DNA of 63,234 bases, counting the filler, from Octopus bimaculoides (Eukaryota), in the NCBI RefSeq assembly GCF_001194135.2. It is 5 parts of 5 records of this genome, joined end to end, with 100 filler letters (N's around TTAATTAATTAA, not from the genome) between each part and the next. Parts side by side here need not be neighbours in the genome. Positions count along the whole stretch, not along the records: positions 18,260 to 43,924 come from NC_068983.1; positions 44,025 to 45,982 come from NW_026322312.1; positions 46,083 to 63,234 come from NC_068982.1; 2 more parts are not named here. The stretch is one strand, 5' to 3'. A model generated the notes under the pieces. That model was not told the DNA's origin, ran no database searches, and was given only the letters and a program-made list of their open reading frames with translations. The position numbers and the translations under genes are program-made. Positions 37,180 through 51,075 of the stretch are shown in pieces. Positions within the stretch are counted from its first letter, which is position 1, and every line of letters begins with the position of its first letter.

Positions 37180-38215
37180 GCCATAAAATTCGGTTTCGAA
37201 AAACGAGCAACCGTTCGGATAACTTATTAAAACCTACTGATACCCTCTTAGATGAAGGAACAAAAATAAAAGAATTAGAGCATATACAGGCTTACAAATA
37301 TTTAAGATTTAATGAATTAGCTAGAGCATAACAGATGTAAAAAGAAATGATACGGTAAGGTTTGGAATAAATGTTTTAGATGCATTAGATTAATACTTAA
37401 AACTGATCTAAATACAGAAAAAGAAAAGAGAATTATAAAACAAATGGATTTCAGCACTCTAGTTGAAAGCTAAGGAAATTAGCAATACTAGATATAAGAA
37501 AAAATATGGAAAATATTGACCAAAGGAGTCGACGTACAAAGATTATATTTATTACGGATAAAGCGTGATAAAGACTTTTGCAACTCGAAAACTATTATAA
37601 AGTATCCACTGAACGAACAAAAATCTTAAGGAATAATAGGAAACTAATATCTATAACTGCAAAATACGAACAACAAAAAAGTCTGTTTCGCCTTTAGGGA
37701 GGACAAAAGATATAAAAACAGAAGTCGTAATATCAAATAGCTGAGAAGAGTATGTAAAAACAACTGAAACTCTTAAAAATATTGAGGTTACATAATGTTA
37801 TGCGAAGAGAATTGCAAGGAAATCTTTTACGTGTTCCATAGTCAACAAAAACTAGACAAATTATAAGTGGATTAAGGAAAAGTCTCAGTATTTATTGAAA
37901 GTCCAGAACTCAAAACTGAGACCAAAGGTGATGTTATCGGGTATAAGCGAAACCTTCTAACTAGAAAGTATCGAAAACAAAATGCACTAGAGTATAAAAC
38001 CTAACAGATAGCTGTGTAGGAGGCTGTCAAGAAATAATCAATTACATTTCCTTTTGGTTGTTCAGTTTTAGCCAAGATGGAGAATATTAATGTAGGTATA
38101 AGGCTGGAGCTTACAGTGGAAGCTATGCCAGCATTACGGAATGTTCACACGAAAGACATGATACAAATACGTCTCACAAGATGTCATAGATAATAAGAAA
38201 ATTACTAAACTCTAG
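37180..38215 (+). mobile_element. Highly decayed R4/Dong-like LINE 3' half (copy C)
   Basis: IKFGFEKRAT...LLDEGTKIKELEHIQAYKYL...ILKTDLN...DVQRLYL...LKTETKG...LLTRKYRKQ, all in the expected order, with many indels. Confidence 0.7.
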
Positions 38216-39551
38216 GAGGCCGAGTCGTTGATAAGGAGTTAAGAAAAACTGTCCTGAAAATATTGTTAGAGACCACTAGGGAAAACCGATAATGTATCTC
38301 TAAAAGAAATGGAGAAACTATGGAAATATAAGACCTATAAACAGAGAATATGAAGATGAGAAACGGAAACAATTCCCCTAAAAGCGTTGGAATAAGAGAT
38401 GCTGATAAATATACATAACCAACAAGGCTCACGAAGATTCGCATTATTCAAAAATAAATTTGATGGTACGAAATTTATTAATTTAAAATTATACAAATAA
38501 TTAAAACGAACTTTGGGCTCGTTTCCTGTTTCATAATTTGTATAATTTTTACAGCGAGAAAATAAAAGTACAGATTAAACAGCCGGAAGAAAATTTGGGA
38601 AAATGCAAAAGAAAACTATAAAGAAAGTTAACTTTAAAGATACAAAGTAAAAAAAAAAAAAAAATCAGATTTCCCATTCTTCATAAACATTTCAACAGCA
38701 AATGCATAGTGTGCATCCTTCCAACCCATGGTAATAAATGAAAAATAACCGTAGAATACTTGTTACATGACGACATAGTTATTCCCTACATAACTACACT
38801 AGCGCCATACCTATAGCTGTGTAAAATATGGGAGATTTTCCTATCACAGCTTGCATGATTGAAATCGACGCCATAATAGATGCTATGGATATTCGAGAAA
38901 CATAATCATTTCAGCATTGGCAGAATTTCAGTAATTTGTAGAGGAAGAATGTATTTTCATTAATTCTATCCAAACATTTATTAACTGGCACATATCTTAT
39001 CGAAAACAAATGGAAGGAAAAGTCGACCATGAAAGCCAATCGACAGAATCGATCAAAATGCTTACAGACGGAACACTGAAATACGTTGAAGTCATCGTTT
39101 TACAATTCCTAGCGTCTCCCAGTGGCATTCATTAAAGAATCGCATTGTGTAAGTCATTGAAATAATGAAACTTATTGTAAAGTATTTGAATGACAATTTT
39201 ATTAACAATGTGCCACTGGAGCTTTCACTTTCGTTAAGCCTTGATCATTTGGTTGCTCTTATTTAGCCTTAGATCATCCCTGGCCGAGTTCTATTTATTT
39301 ATTCATTTATTATATATTTCAATTTTCAAACTACAATGAATTTTTCAGTGGGTCAACCACTGCGTTACTGCATTTCTCAAAGTGAGAATGAGAAAGGCAT
39401 GTCACTGATTAAGCGATTTTATCCTTCGCCCCCCCCCACACACACATATCAAAACAGTTTGATTCAGACTCCTTGGTACTCTGAGTTTCAAGCGTGTGGC
39501 TAGTCTTCGGCCATTGAGTGCCCTTCATTCGTGTTTATGTACTCACTCGTG

Positions 39552-39584
<33 letters not shown>

Positions 39585-39585
39585 A

Positions 39586-39826
39586 CCTATATTGCTAGAA
39601 ATATGAGTTAAAACACCCTTTGAACCGCAAGAAAGCACATTTTCATACTCTGACAGGAGAAATAATCTCGCCACAGCGGTTATCTCCCCTGTCAGTTTAT
39701 GCAAATGTGTTTTCTTACGGCTCTAAGAATTTTTAACTCTTATTTCTAGCAATATAGGTGCTACCTGCACCCTCAGTCACAGTTAGTGGCAATTGAATTC
39801 TTTCTTTTATTCTGCGTATAGCCACC
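39586..39826. mobile_element. Kolobok-like non-autonomous element with an internal 173-bp imperfect palindrome
   Basis: 39586-39758 folds end to end (CCTATATTGCTAGAAATA...TATTTCTAGCAATATAGG). The right end ATAGCCACC matches the terminus of the 24025 element. Confidence 0.65.
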
Positions 39827-40340
39827 TTCGTTACATACATACATACATACATACATACACACATACATCGATATAGTGGTAGAAATCATTTGCCCCAAGC
39901 ACTGCGCAATAAGATCGAACCCAGAATCACGTAGTTTTGAAGTAAACGTTTTAACCACACAACCATCTCTGCATCTATGATAACAATAATCATTATTATT
40001 ATTTATTCAAACATAAAGCATTTATAACTGCATTGTCAAATGTAGTTAGATCAAGTGGCTTCTTTTTAAGGAGGTAGAATATGATTTGGGGAGATTTGAA
40101 ATTTCTAGTTGGAGGAGCACGATCATTGTGGATCAAGTAAACTTTGACTGTTGAAAGAAGTAGATATCCATGCAAATGACCTCCTGCTCTATTTTTGCAA
40201 ACTTTGTATGTGTATATAAGGTATATAATTTCAACATTTTTTCTATACATAATTTCGTAACAAAAATACAAAACATCATTCACATTTTGAGATCGATACT
40301 GTGATAAATATTAAAATTTCCCTTTGTCTTCAAATAACAG

Positions 40341-40472
40341 TTTCAAGTTTTGACACACAGCCAACAATTGTTGGGAGAGGAGTTAATCGATTAGATCGAA
40401 CCCAATGCACAACTGATACTTATTTTATCGACTACGAAAGGATGAAAGGCGAAATCGACGTTGATGGAATTT
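40341..40472 (+). mobile_element. SINE-like family B copy
   Basis: GATACTTATTTTATCGAC...GAAAGGATGAAAGG core. Confidence 0.7.
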
Positions 40473-41135
40473 AGTGTTAAGAAATACGTCGACATCATTA
40501 TTTTTTGTTCGTAATTATGCACTAAAAGCATTCTCGGGCTTCGTGTCTATTTAAATATCAATTTCTTTTTCATTCTTTCAGAATGTTAGATAGCATTTCT
40601 TATTGATTAAGTTGATTACACTACGAAATGAGCATTTTCCTGTGTGTCTTATAATTTAAAAAAGAGAAAAATAAGTAAAATAATTAAGAACCATTGACGA
40701 ATATCGAATCTCCAACTTGATATCACCTGTAACAGTGAGACGGATGTTTTATTGCCGAGAGAAGCATCAATCATCGAAGATATATTGGTTTCGATTACAG
40801 AATTTATTATGGAGTTATATAACAGTTGAAATTGGTTAAGAAGCGAATTGAGAATTGATATCTTCGAGGATAAGACTTGAACAGAATACGAATGATGAGA
40901 TATAAGGGAACTTGTCACACGCACACGCACGCACACACAAACACAAACATAGACACACACACACACGAACGCGCGAGCACACACACACATATATGTAGCA
41001 TATATAATATATATACATATGCATATATATATATGGATATGTATATATACATACATACATATATGTAAATATCTATATATACAAACGCGTGCACATTCAC
41101 GCACACACATATATGTATATCTATCGCTTATCTTC

Positions 41136-41177
<42 letters not shown>

Positions 41178-42928
41178 TTATATATACATATTTATACACA
41201 CAAGCACATAAATGTGTACGTGTGTGTGTGTGCGTGTGGTGCGTGTGGTGCGTGTGTGTGCATCATTATACCATTATATCATTTGACGACAATTCTTCCG
41301 ATGAAATTCTAGTTCATCTGTACGAAAAGCAAAATTATTTTCATTATAGCTTCTCATGTATCTGAAGAATGGCTTCAAGTTAATTTAAACTGGAACCTTA
41401 CTGCTTGCCATTGACAAAGTAGGCTGAAAATCGCTTCAGTTGAAGCTAAATTTCGTTTTATTAACCTTTAAATCATGTCTTGCTTCGAATCAATTGCATT
41501 AATTGATACAGACATTATACAATAGATCTGCCATGGTTTTAGTTCGCAATTTAGTTTCGTTTCTCGGTTGTATCTATTATGATTCACTTACGTATTGAGT
41601 AAGTGATTGAGAGATAGTGATCTTGACATCCTAGAGGGCCATAAATGGCCATGGTCACGAAATCTTCCTTCAAAACCTACATATAAAAGAAATTATCGAT
41701 AGAAAGCGAACCTCTAACGTCTGTGCTGAATCTTTTTTTTACTCCGAGCTAAACATAGTACCAGCTGTCTTTATTGACACCGATTTCATTGTCTTTGGAT
41801 TAGTGAAGGATGAAGTTCTTGTTGATATTAAATGAAAAGCCATGTTTTTATTCATAACCTTACTTTATATTGCTTCTCTATCTAGTAAGCTCCATTTCAA
41901 GCTCTCCTCCTCTCTCTTTCTCTCATTCTTGCTTTCTATCCATCTTTCTTCCTCTCTTCTTTCTGTAATCTCCCTGACTCTGTTTTCCTCGGTCATTGTA
42001 TTACCTTTGCCTTATTTCTTTAACTTACTTCTCCCTCTTCTGTAAGATGTGATTTTAAATAAATGCAACAAAGAATCGAAACCAAATCGCGGACTAAATA
42101 TTTAAGTAACTACCACATTATCTATGTTTATCAAGGAACGAATATGAAACCGAGTAAAAGGTCGACAGAATGAAATTTTACAATAAACATACATCTTTTA
42201 CTTCCGTTAAAGCACATTTGGCCCATCTGTCTATATGGAGCACAGTAATGTTGCAGTTTAGCTCCAGGTCATTCTTATGATAAATGCGAAGCTATTAATA
42301 GAAATAAACATGTGTTGGTCATTTTGTTTTTCACTGGGAATAACTGACGTCCACAGCGAATAGTCGTTTGATTTTCAGCCATTGTAGTAGACTACTTTGA
42401 AAGGATCCATAGATCGTGTAATGACTACACTTATCAGTGACACAATGACTTCATTTACCAACGGCCTATCAGCACCATTCAACCCTCGAGTCATTGATAG
42501 TCCTTTATTTTTGTTTTTAAAGTGTTTTTGTCTTTCATATTTCTGCCTTACAATATTTTTTCAGTACATTCTTTTGTGTCGGTGAAAATTTATTCATCTC
42601 TTTTCTTTCCTGTTATTCTCTTTCTCTCTCTCTACCTCTCCACTGCATTCCCCCCCCCCTCTCTCTCTCTTTCACAATTATACATACATAATTATTTAAA
42701 CTATATATATAAATATATATATACGTATATGTATATATATGTATATATATATACATACATATATATGTGTGTGTGTGTGTCTATACATACATATATGTAT
42801 GTGTGTGTGTATGTATATAAAAATTATGTTCGTGTATGTACAGTTATATATATATACACACACACACACATACAACCACCACATATACATACATAGACAT
42901 ATATGTAAATGTATACATGTAAATATAC

Positions 42929-42961
<33 letters not shown>

Positions 42962-44041
42962 TGTATGTATGTATGTATGCATACATGTATGTGTATGCTT
43001 GTGTGTCTGCGTAAGTATATATACGTGTTTGTGTGTGAAAGTTATCTGTTCGCCTTTCTCTTCAAAATGTTTACTTCGCATCTTCATTTTATTTCTGTCT
43101 GGCTCATTTTTCTGATTCATAGTCTACTGTCTAACTCTCTCTTTCTCTCTCAGTTACTCTCTCTCAGTTACTCTCTCTCTCACTCTCCCTCCCCCTGCTT
43201 CATTCATTGACTTTCTTTCCACATCTTTCAGTTCTCGTAAACCTTCATTTTTCTTTTTGGATCAGGAGACACTACGCCAAGATGTTACAACCTCTCTTTA
43301 ATGTTAGAACATTCTTCATAACATAAATACTTAAGAATTTATGAATACCGTTTAATTAGTAGCATGCAATAGAAATTGATGTAGTTTCGACATATGTAGA
43401 AGTCTTTCAGAACTTTACAACAATCGCTAAACCAGTTTTCCAAACCGATAAAAATGAAAACCATTTTGAATTACTAGCTTATATTTAGTCTTAGCTATGC
43501 CTATTAACTATAGCTATTTGAAGAGCTGAACTAAGTTACCTTCTCTATCAATTAAACCGACGTAAACTTCATGGTAACTGCAATACTTATAAATGTCATT
43601 TGACAAGGGTAAACCCCCAAGAATACAATGATATTATCCCAAATTCTGAGATGACAATGTAGGATAGATAAGTTAATGTTTCTTCTGGGGTACCAATGTT
43701 GCCATGGAAAATAGTGGCTTTCTGCAGATGGGGAAACATAAGGTCCTAAATACCCTTCTTGAGTTCTAGAGGGGAGAGTTTAGCTTCAACTAAGCATGAA
43801 CTCTACTTAAATGTAATTATGAATATATAATATACAAGTATATAAATATATATATCCATGATATATAAATATATAGAATATATATGTATACGTATATATA
43901 CATATATATGCATACATATATATANNNNNNNNNNNNNNNNNNNNNNNNNNNNNNNNNNNNNNNNNNNNTTAATTAATTAANNNNNNNNNNNNNNNNNNNN
44001 NNNNNNNNNNNNNNNNNNNNNNNNAGAAAGAGAGTTTCCAT

Positions 44042-44167
44042 CCTCGTAACCTAGCGGTTCGGCAAAAGTGCCGATAGAATCACTACCAGGCTCACAATGA
44101 ATAATTTCTTAGGTGACGCTCCGGCATGGCTGGAGTCAAATGACAGAAACAAGTATAAGAATAAAGG
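44042..44167 (+). mobile_element. SINE family C, 3' fragment
   Basis: GTAACCTAGCGGTTCGGCAAAAG...GCATGGC...CAAATGACAGAAACAAGTA. Confidence 0.8.
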
Positions 44168-44288
44168 AATAAAATATATGTGTGTGTGCGTGTGTATATG
44201 CTTGTATATATATCTATATCTATACATACACACACACACACACATATATGTATATACATACCTGCATACATACATGTATATTTATATT

Positions 44289-44498
44289 TACTCTTTTACT
44301 CTTTTACTTGTTTCAGCCATTTGACTGCGGCCATGCTGGAGCACCGCCTTTAGTCGAGAAAATCGACCCCAGGACTTATTCTTTGTTAGCCTAGTACTTA
44401 TTCTATCGGTCTCTTTTTGCCGAACCGCTAAGTTACGGGGACGTAAACACACCAGCATCGCTTGTCAAGCGATGTTGAGGGGTCAAACACAGACACAC

Positions 44499-44544
<46 letters not shown>

Positions 44545-44599
44545 GTCTACCAAATCCACTCACAGGACTTTAGTCGGCCCAGGCTATAGTAGAAGACAC
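44289..44599 (-). mobile_element. SINE family C, head lost in the gap
   Basis: Reverse complement of 54300-54650, including the (GAGTAAAA)n tail. Confidence 0.9.
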
Positions 44600-46250
44600 N
44601 NNNNNNNNNNNNNNNNNNNNNNNNNNNNNNNNNNNNNNNNNNNNNNNNNNNNNNNNNNNNNNNNNNNNNNNNNNNNNNNNNNNNNNNNNNNNNNNNNNNN
44701 NNNNNNNNNNNNNNNNNNNNNNNNNNNNNNNNNNNNNNNNNNNNNNNNNNNNNNNNNNNNNNNNNNNNNNNNNNNNNNNNNNNNNNNNNNNNNNNNNNNN
44801 NNNNNNNNNNNNNNNNNNNNNNNNNNNNNNNNNNNNNNNNNNNNNNNNNNNNNNNNNNNNNNNNNNNNNNNNNNNNNNNNNNNNNNNNNNNNNNNNNNNN
44901 NNNNNNNNNNNNNNNNNNNNNNNNNNNNNNNNNNNNNNNNNNNNNNNNNNNNNNNNNNNNNNNNNNNNNNNNNNNNNNNNNNNNNNNNNNNNNNNNNNNN
45001 NNNNNNNNNNNNNNNNNNNNNNNNNNNNNNNNNNNNNNNNNNNNNNNNNNNNNNNNNNNNNNNNNNNNNNNNNNNNNNNNNNNNNNNNNNNNNNNNNNNN
45101 NNNNNNNNNNNNNNNNNNNNNNNNNNNNNNNNNNNNNNNNNNNNNNNNNNNNNNNNNNNNNNNNNNNNNNNNNNNNNNNNNNNNNNNNNNNNNNNNNNNN
45201 NNNNNNNNNNNNNNNNNNNNNNNNNNNNNNNNNNNNNNNNNNNNNNNNNNNNNNNNNNNNNNNNNNNNNNNNNNNNNNNNNNNNNNNNNNNNNNNNNNNN
45301 NNNNNNNNNNNNNNNNNNNNTGCAAGCATTTGTGTCAACTTCCGCATTGTCATATATTTCTTGTTTCATATATAGATATGTACAGATGTATATATATATA
45401 TATATATATATATTCATATATATAGATATAGGACAGGGAATTGTTAATTAATTTAAAAAATTAACAATTAACAATTTTGCCAAGTAGTTCAGTATGCAAA
45501 AAAAAAACCTTTATCGGTAAAACATTTATAATTATAAACATATAGGGATCAGCAGAAATTGCTTCACCAACATACTGAAAATTTAGAAATAGCAGTTAAA
45601 ACTACTAATTCTAACTACAATTATAATTTATAATTATATATTCATATATATATATATATACAGACAGGATAATATATATTCTTATATACAAGACCAGTGT
45701 ATACATAAACTCTTAGGTACATATACTTTCATTTGCAAATGTAAATATATATTATAATGCATAATATTATACGTATATATGTGTGTGTGTGTATTGACAA
45801 AATGGACTCACCACGACTAGGGGAGACACGTGGAATACAGAGTCGTTGACAAGGTCACATGATGAGTGTTGAAAGCGATTTGACAAGAAACTAAAATAAC
45901 AATGATAAAGCTGAAATAAAGGCCGAACATGTAGAGGGTGTGTTTAATTGGCAAAATATAACCATCCCCAAGTATGTGTATANNNNNNNNNNNNNNNNNN
46001 NNNNNNNNNNNNNNNNNNNNNNNNNNTTAATTAATTAANNNNNNNNNNNNNNNNNNNNNNNNNNNNNNNNNNNNNNNNNNNNTATATATATATATATATG
46101 TATGTATGTATGAATATGTATGTGTGTGTATACGTATGCACAAATTTATGAATAAAAGTGTCTACAAATTTCCACCCTAAAGTCGTAAAATAAAAGCAAA
46201 AATATCATCATCAATAAGTTAGCTACGCACAAGCTACGTATACAGTTTTA

Positions 46251-46310
<60 letters not shown>

Positions 46311-46515
46311 GTCTGTCTGTCTGTCTGTCTATCTGTCTGTCTGTCTGTCTGTCTGTCTATTTACCTATCCATCTATACATCTATCTATCGATCTATCAGT
46401 CTTCAAACACTTCCAACGTGTGTTGAATAACGATGTTTTTTCACTGAACATCTTACATAAAATGTCAATTGTGTCCGTGAAATTTATATCAGGACTATTT
46501 TTAGGTAATATAAGT

Positions 46516-47557
46516 TTACAGTATTTTTTTGTGCTCTGTCGTTGCCAGTTTCCTCAGAATTAGACGTGTTTTCATCTTACCTTCTTTCGTGAAGAAACCC
46601 GGCGGGTCAATTTTTAAAATTGACTCAGACGACAGCTGTACTCTTCTTACATCCGACAACAAATGTTCCGCATAAGTCCACATTTCTGACACTTTCGGAC
46701 ACTGCACAATAGTGTGCAGGACGGTTTCCCTATCCTGCTCACATCTTGGGCAAGCCGACGGACCGGACTGGCCATCTCTGGTGAGCTTATCCCGAACGGG
46801 TAAGGCTCCTCGGTAACATTACTCAGTTAGAGATTTTTGAAAGTTATCCAAAGCCCTCGTCCCGAATGTCCTTTGGAACAGACTGTCTAACTGATTATTA
46901 TCGAGACTCAGGGTCTTCCCCAGGGTATCTTCGTTTCCAGCCTCTACCAATCTGCTATAGAATGACGCGGTGGTACCAAAACTGCTGGCTTACCCGAGCG
47001 ACGGAACAGTAGGAGGGCCTTTTGGCACTCCGTATACCATGTACCCAACCTCGATCTTCGACGAAATCAGCTTTCTCGTCCACTAAAACTAGTGAACCTA
47101 GGAAACATCCGTTTCGCAAGCGGAGACCACACCCGTTAACCATCCAGGAGAAACCAGAGGTGCCTCAACCTCAGCGCATGCATGCACTTCACCAGCCAAG
47201 GCATCCCTAGTCCTCCCTTTGATGGCATCTGACAGCAGATAGAACGCCTCACATGTGGAGTCCACAAATAGCGGAAGATCTGTCTTTCCAACTTGTTCAA
47301 CTACGAATCAGGACATGGAACGACGGTTAGGCGGTACATGATGACCGATGCGATAAACACATTGGCCACCTCCGCCCTCCCTTTCAAGGATAGCCACCAC
47401 CAAGACCAGGTCTTGACTATGATGGTCACCTTGCTCGATATCTCTGGCCAGTTCTTTTCTACTTGGAAGCCTGGGCCAACCCAGACTCCTAGCAACTTAA
47501 CCGAGCCCTCCGTCCAGCGTCCCACGACGCTATTCGAAGACATCGACTTGCCCCTAC
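46516..47557 (-). mobile_element. L1/Tx1-like LINE ORF2 3' part
   Basis: VKLLGVWVG...KNW...LSLKGRAEVANVFIASVIMYRL...SKGGLGMP; YRGALPVRDKL...CPRCEQDRETVLHTIVQC (CCHC). Stops present; runs into the gap. Confidence 0.9.
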
Positions 47558-48078
47558 NNNNNNNNNNNNNNNNNNNNNNNNNNNNNNNNNNNNNNNNNNN
47601 NNNNNNNNNNNNNNNNNNNNNNNNNNNNNNNNNNNNNNNNNNNNNNNNNNNNNNNNNNNNNNNNNNNNNNNNNNNNNNNNNNNNNNNNNNNNNNNNNNNN
47701 NNNNNNNNNNNNNNNNNNNNNNNNNNNNNNNNNNNNNNNNNNNNNNNNNNNNNNNNNNNNNNNNNNNNNNNNNNNNNNNNNNNNNNNNNNNNNNNNNNNN
47801 NNNNNNNNNNNNNNNNNNNNNNNNNNNNNNNNNNNNNNNNNNNNNNNNNNNNNNNNNNNNNNNNNNNNNNNNNNNNNNNNNNNNNNNNNNNNNNNNNNNN
47901 NNNNNNNNNNNNNNNNNNNNNNNNNNNNNNNNNNNNNNNNNNNNNNNNCTCTGATCCCCTCGCAACCCATTGCACGAAGTCTACCCCTGACAATACACCC
48001 CATGTGCTTGGCTTTGAGGTGCTGGTTCCGAGTTCAGTCCAACTGCGTGGCACCTTGGACAAATGTCTTCTGTGCCTC

Positions 48079-48136
<58 letters not shown>

Positions 48137-48841
48137 TGTATGTGTGTGTGTGTGTTTGCGTGTAGTAGTGTCCACATTAATTGTCTCTATGCATAAACGT
48201 GTATATATGCTCGGGACCAATGAAACACTTATCTTTCAATCTGTACTTTCCAAAAAGCAAAATGCAACGACGACTGGAGAGTAACTTGATATCAATGAGT
48301 GGCACCAATCTGCTCTAACCAAGTCTCTGTCGGTAGAGTTACACAACAGAAGGCTTGCTGAGCAATTAACTGATTTCATCTTTAAGATATCAACAGAGAC
48401 AAGCGACATGTTCTCTATTATTTTCTTTTCCTGTCTTTTTTTCTTTTCGTTTTTCGTGATAAAATTCTAAACTCTAATGCCACCCATTTTAATCATTGTT
48501 AAACGCTTCGTATTTCAACGAAATGACCGGTTATATCTGTATACTGATTTTATAAACGGTTTCGATGGAACAGTTTCATGAACGGCTATGAAATATACAT
48601 TATATAGAATGCACGAAATAGAAACTATTGTCAACCGTAAAGTAAATGTAGTATCAAAAATTTCAATATTCCATTTATATTATATATATGTATATACATA
48701 TGCATGCATACATACATACATACAAACATACATACATACATACATACATACATACATACATGCATGCATATATTTCTATGTATGCATATGTGTGAATATA
48801 TATATGTATAAATATGTATGTATATATGTATATGTATGAAC

Positions 48842-48901
<60 letters not shown>

Positions 48902-48945
48902 ACATGCATATATTTATACGTATGTATATGTGTGTATATATATAT

Positions 48946-49047
48946 ACTTCAGCGACTCTTCTATCGCACGTGTATCTTCCTGTTCTGTTTAGAGAATGGA
49001 CTAAACAGAGCAGGAGGATACACGTGGGATAGAAGTGTCGCTGAAGT
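48946..49047. repeat. Inverted repeat: 47-bp arms, 8-nt loop, 4 mismatches
   Basis: ACTTCAGCGACTCTTCTATCGCACGTGTATCTTCCTGTTCTGTTTAG pairs with 49001-49047. Confidence 0.92.
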
Positions 49048-50697
49048 GGTCACATATGTGTGAGGAAAGATATCCTGACAATGGGCATAAGATAAAATGA
49101 TAACAATAATAAACGAGTGAAGAAAAAATATATAGTGCGTGTGTTTATTTGGCAACAACAAAAATGACCATCCTGAAATATGGCAATATATGTTCATGGC
49201 CGCAGCTCTGAACTGAAACTACAGCAAAAAAAAAAAAGAAAAAAAACATTTCACATCTGGAATCTTTAAACAAATTCATAAACGAAATAAGGATTTTTTG
49301 AAAACATCGAATGGCTGTTGGGGTCCAGTCGAATAAAATAGGAATCAAAGAAGTCCAGAGGTAAAATTCGTTAGGAACCACTGCTTTGGGCAATGTATGT
49401 CAATAGCACACGATTCACCAGTGGAAAGAAAAAGAAAACAAACAAATTCGTGAACGAAAATGAATTTGTATTTGTGTGTTTATGAAAATGTAGTTTACAT
49501 AAATATAAGTCCAAGTATATGTGCACACGTGTATATATGTGTATCGTTGCCTTTGTATTGTAAATTTATATATACTCACTATCTAGCTATAATATAATAC
49601 CTGACTCTTGCATGACTCTTGCCTCTACGTGTTTACTTTTAGGCCTAGGTGTGCACGGGTGTGTTTGAGTATGTATTATATGTATATTTATGTGTGAATT
49701 TGTATTCGTGTACAGGTATGTATATGTGGATGTTACAATACGAACGTGTACACAGATACAGGCCGAAATTAACTTTCTTAACCTCGCATGCTCTTTCAAT
49801 TATATCACACCTGCCACTCGAGGCATGTCATTATAATAAGTAACGGTAAATAAATATTTCTTTACAACTTCGACCACTGTTCTTCTTTCATCTTACAAAT
49901 GGCAAACAACGAATACTATTGCCGTTACAACATTTACAGTTTTGAAGCTAAAGAGGCGGTTAGAGTCTGGATTTACATACACATTCTTTACGAGTATTTG
50001 TCAGTGTTTATATGTCTATGTTCTATGTATGTTTGCATTTTGAATGTATGTGTAATCATCTGTCTGTATACTTGCATTTATATACACGTATATGTGTTTG
50101 TGTGTGTGTGTGTGTGTGTGTATGTGTGTGTGTGTGTGAATGTGTGCGAATGTGTGTGTGTATGTGTGTGAGTGTTTGTGTGTGGTTGTATTTGTGTATA
50201 AGCTGTAATTACAAGTACAAGCATGTGTGTATGCATAGAATTAGGCATACATATATGTCTTTATCGAATGTGCGTGTTTATATATATAGATGTATATAGT
50301 CACAGTATGGTTGGGTATTTAAGAAGTTTGTTTTCTGGATTCAATCCCACTATGTGGCTTCTTAGGTGAATGTAATTTTATATAGTTTCTGGTCGTCCCA
50401 AAACCTTGTGAGCGAAATTGGAAAATCGGAAATTGTGCAGAAGCCTGTCATGTGGATTGTACATGTAATTAATAACGTACAACTTTGGCATACACTGTAT
50501 CACGCTGCTTCTGTTTGAGAATTATGTTAATAGTATGTGTCTGTCAAATGCTGAGCCACTTACACACATTAATTCAGGAGCAGGTAATTCAGTTGCTCGT
50601 TGAAACTGATGGAGAACCATCCATTCACATGTGTGTGTATGTGCGTGTGCGTCCGTGCGTGTGCGTCCGTGCGTGTGCGTCCGTGCGTGTGTGTATG

Positions 50698-50741
<44 letters not shown>

Positions 50742-50959
50742 CGTGTGTATATTTATGTTTCTTCAGTTATGCTTTATACTTTTGAATTCTTCCTAAAAAG
50801 AGGAATTTGGTTTTTTCACATAGAAGCAAACGCTCCGTCCTTGGAATTTAAACACACCAAAAAAGAAAAAAAAGCATCAAAGGTGCCATGGGTTCATAAA
50901 GACGGTTTCTCGGATTTCGCAGTGTACATTTCCCCACTCCCCTGGGGGGAAGCTGGTCC

Positions 50960-51075
50960 GTTGCAGGATTACTCCTTTTTGCCACCTGAGTGGACTGAAG
51001 TAATACAAAATGAAGTATTTTATTCAAAAACACAACGTACCGCCTGGTGAAGGGATCGAATCCACAATCTTACGA
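50960..51075 (-). mobile_element. Diverged tRNA-head SINE fragment
   Basis: Minus strand has a B-box-like GGATTCGATCCC followed by a decayed CORE/V-like segment (GTTGTGTTTTTGAATAAAATACTTCA...AGTCCACTCAG). Confidence 0.5.

Noticed and set aside
40649-40915. Minus-strand ORF ending in a hydrophobic tail (WFLIILLIFLFFKL*)
   Set aside because: The start lies in a microsatellite, the hydrophobic end is explained by T-rich sequence, and the acceptor is weak.
41353-41420. SEEWLQVNL resembling the discoidin (F5/8C) EWLQVDL motif after an acceptor-like TTTTCATTATAG
   Set aside because: Only a 5-6 residue match, with no good donor before the in-frame stop.
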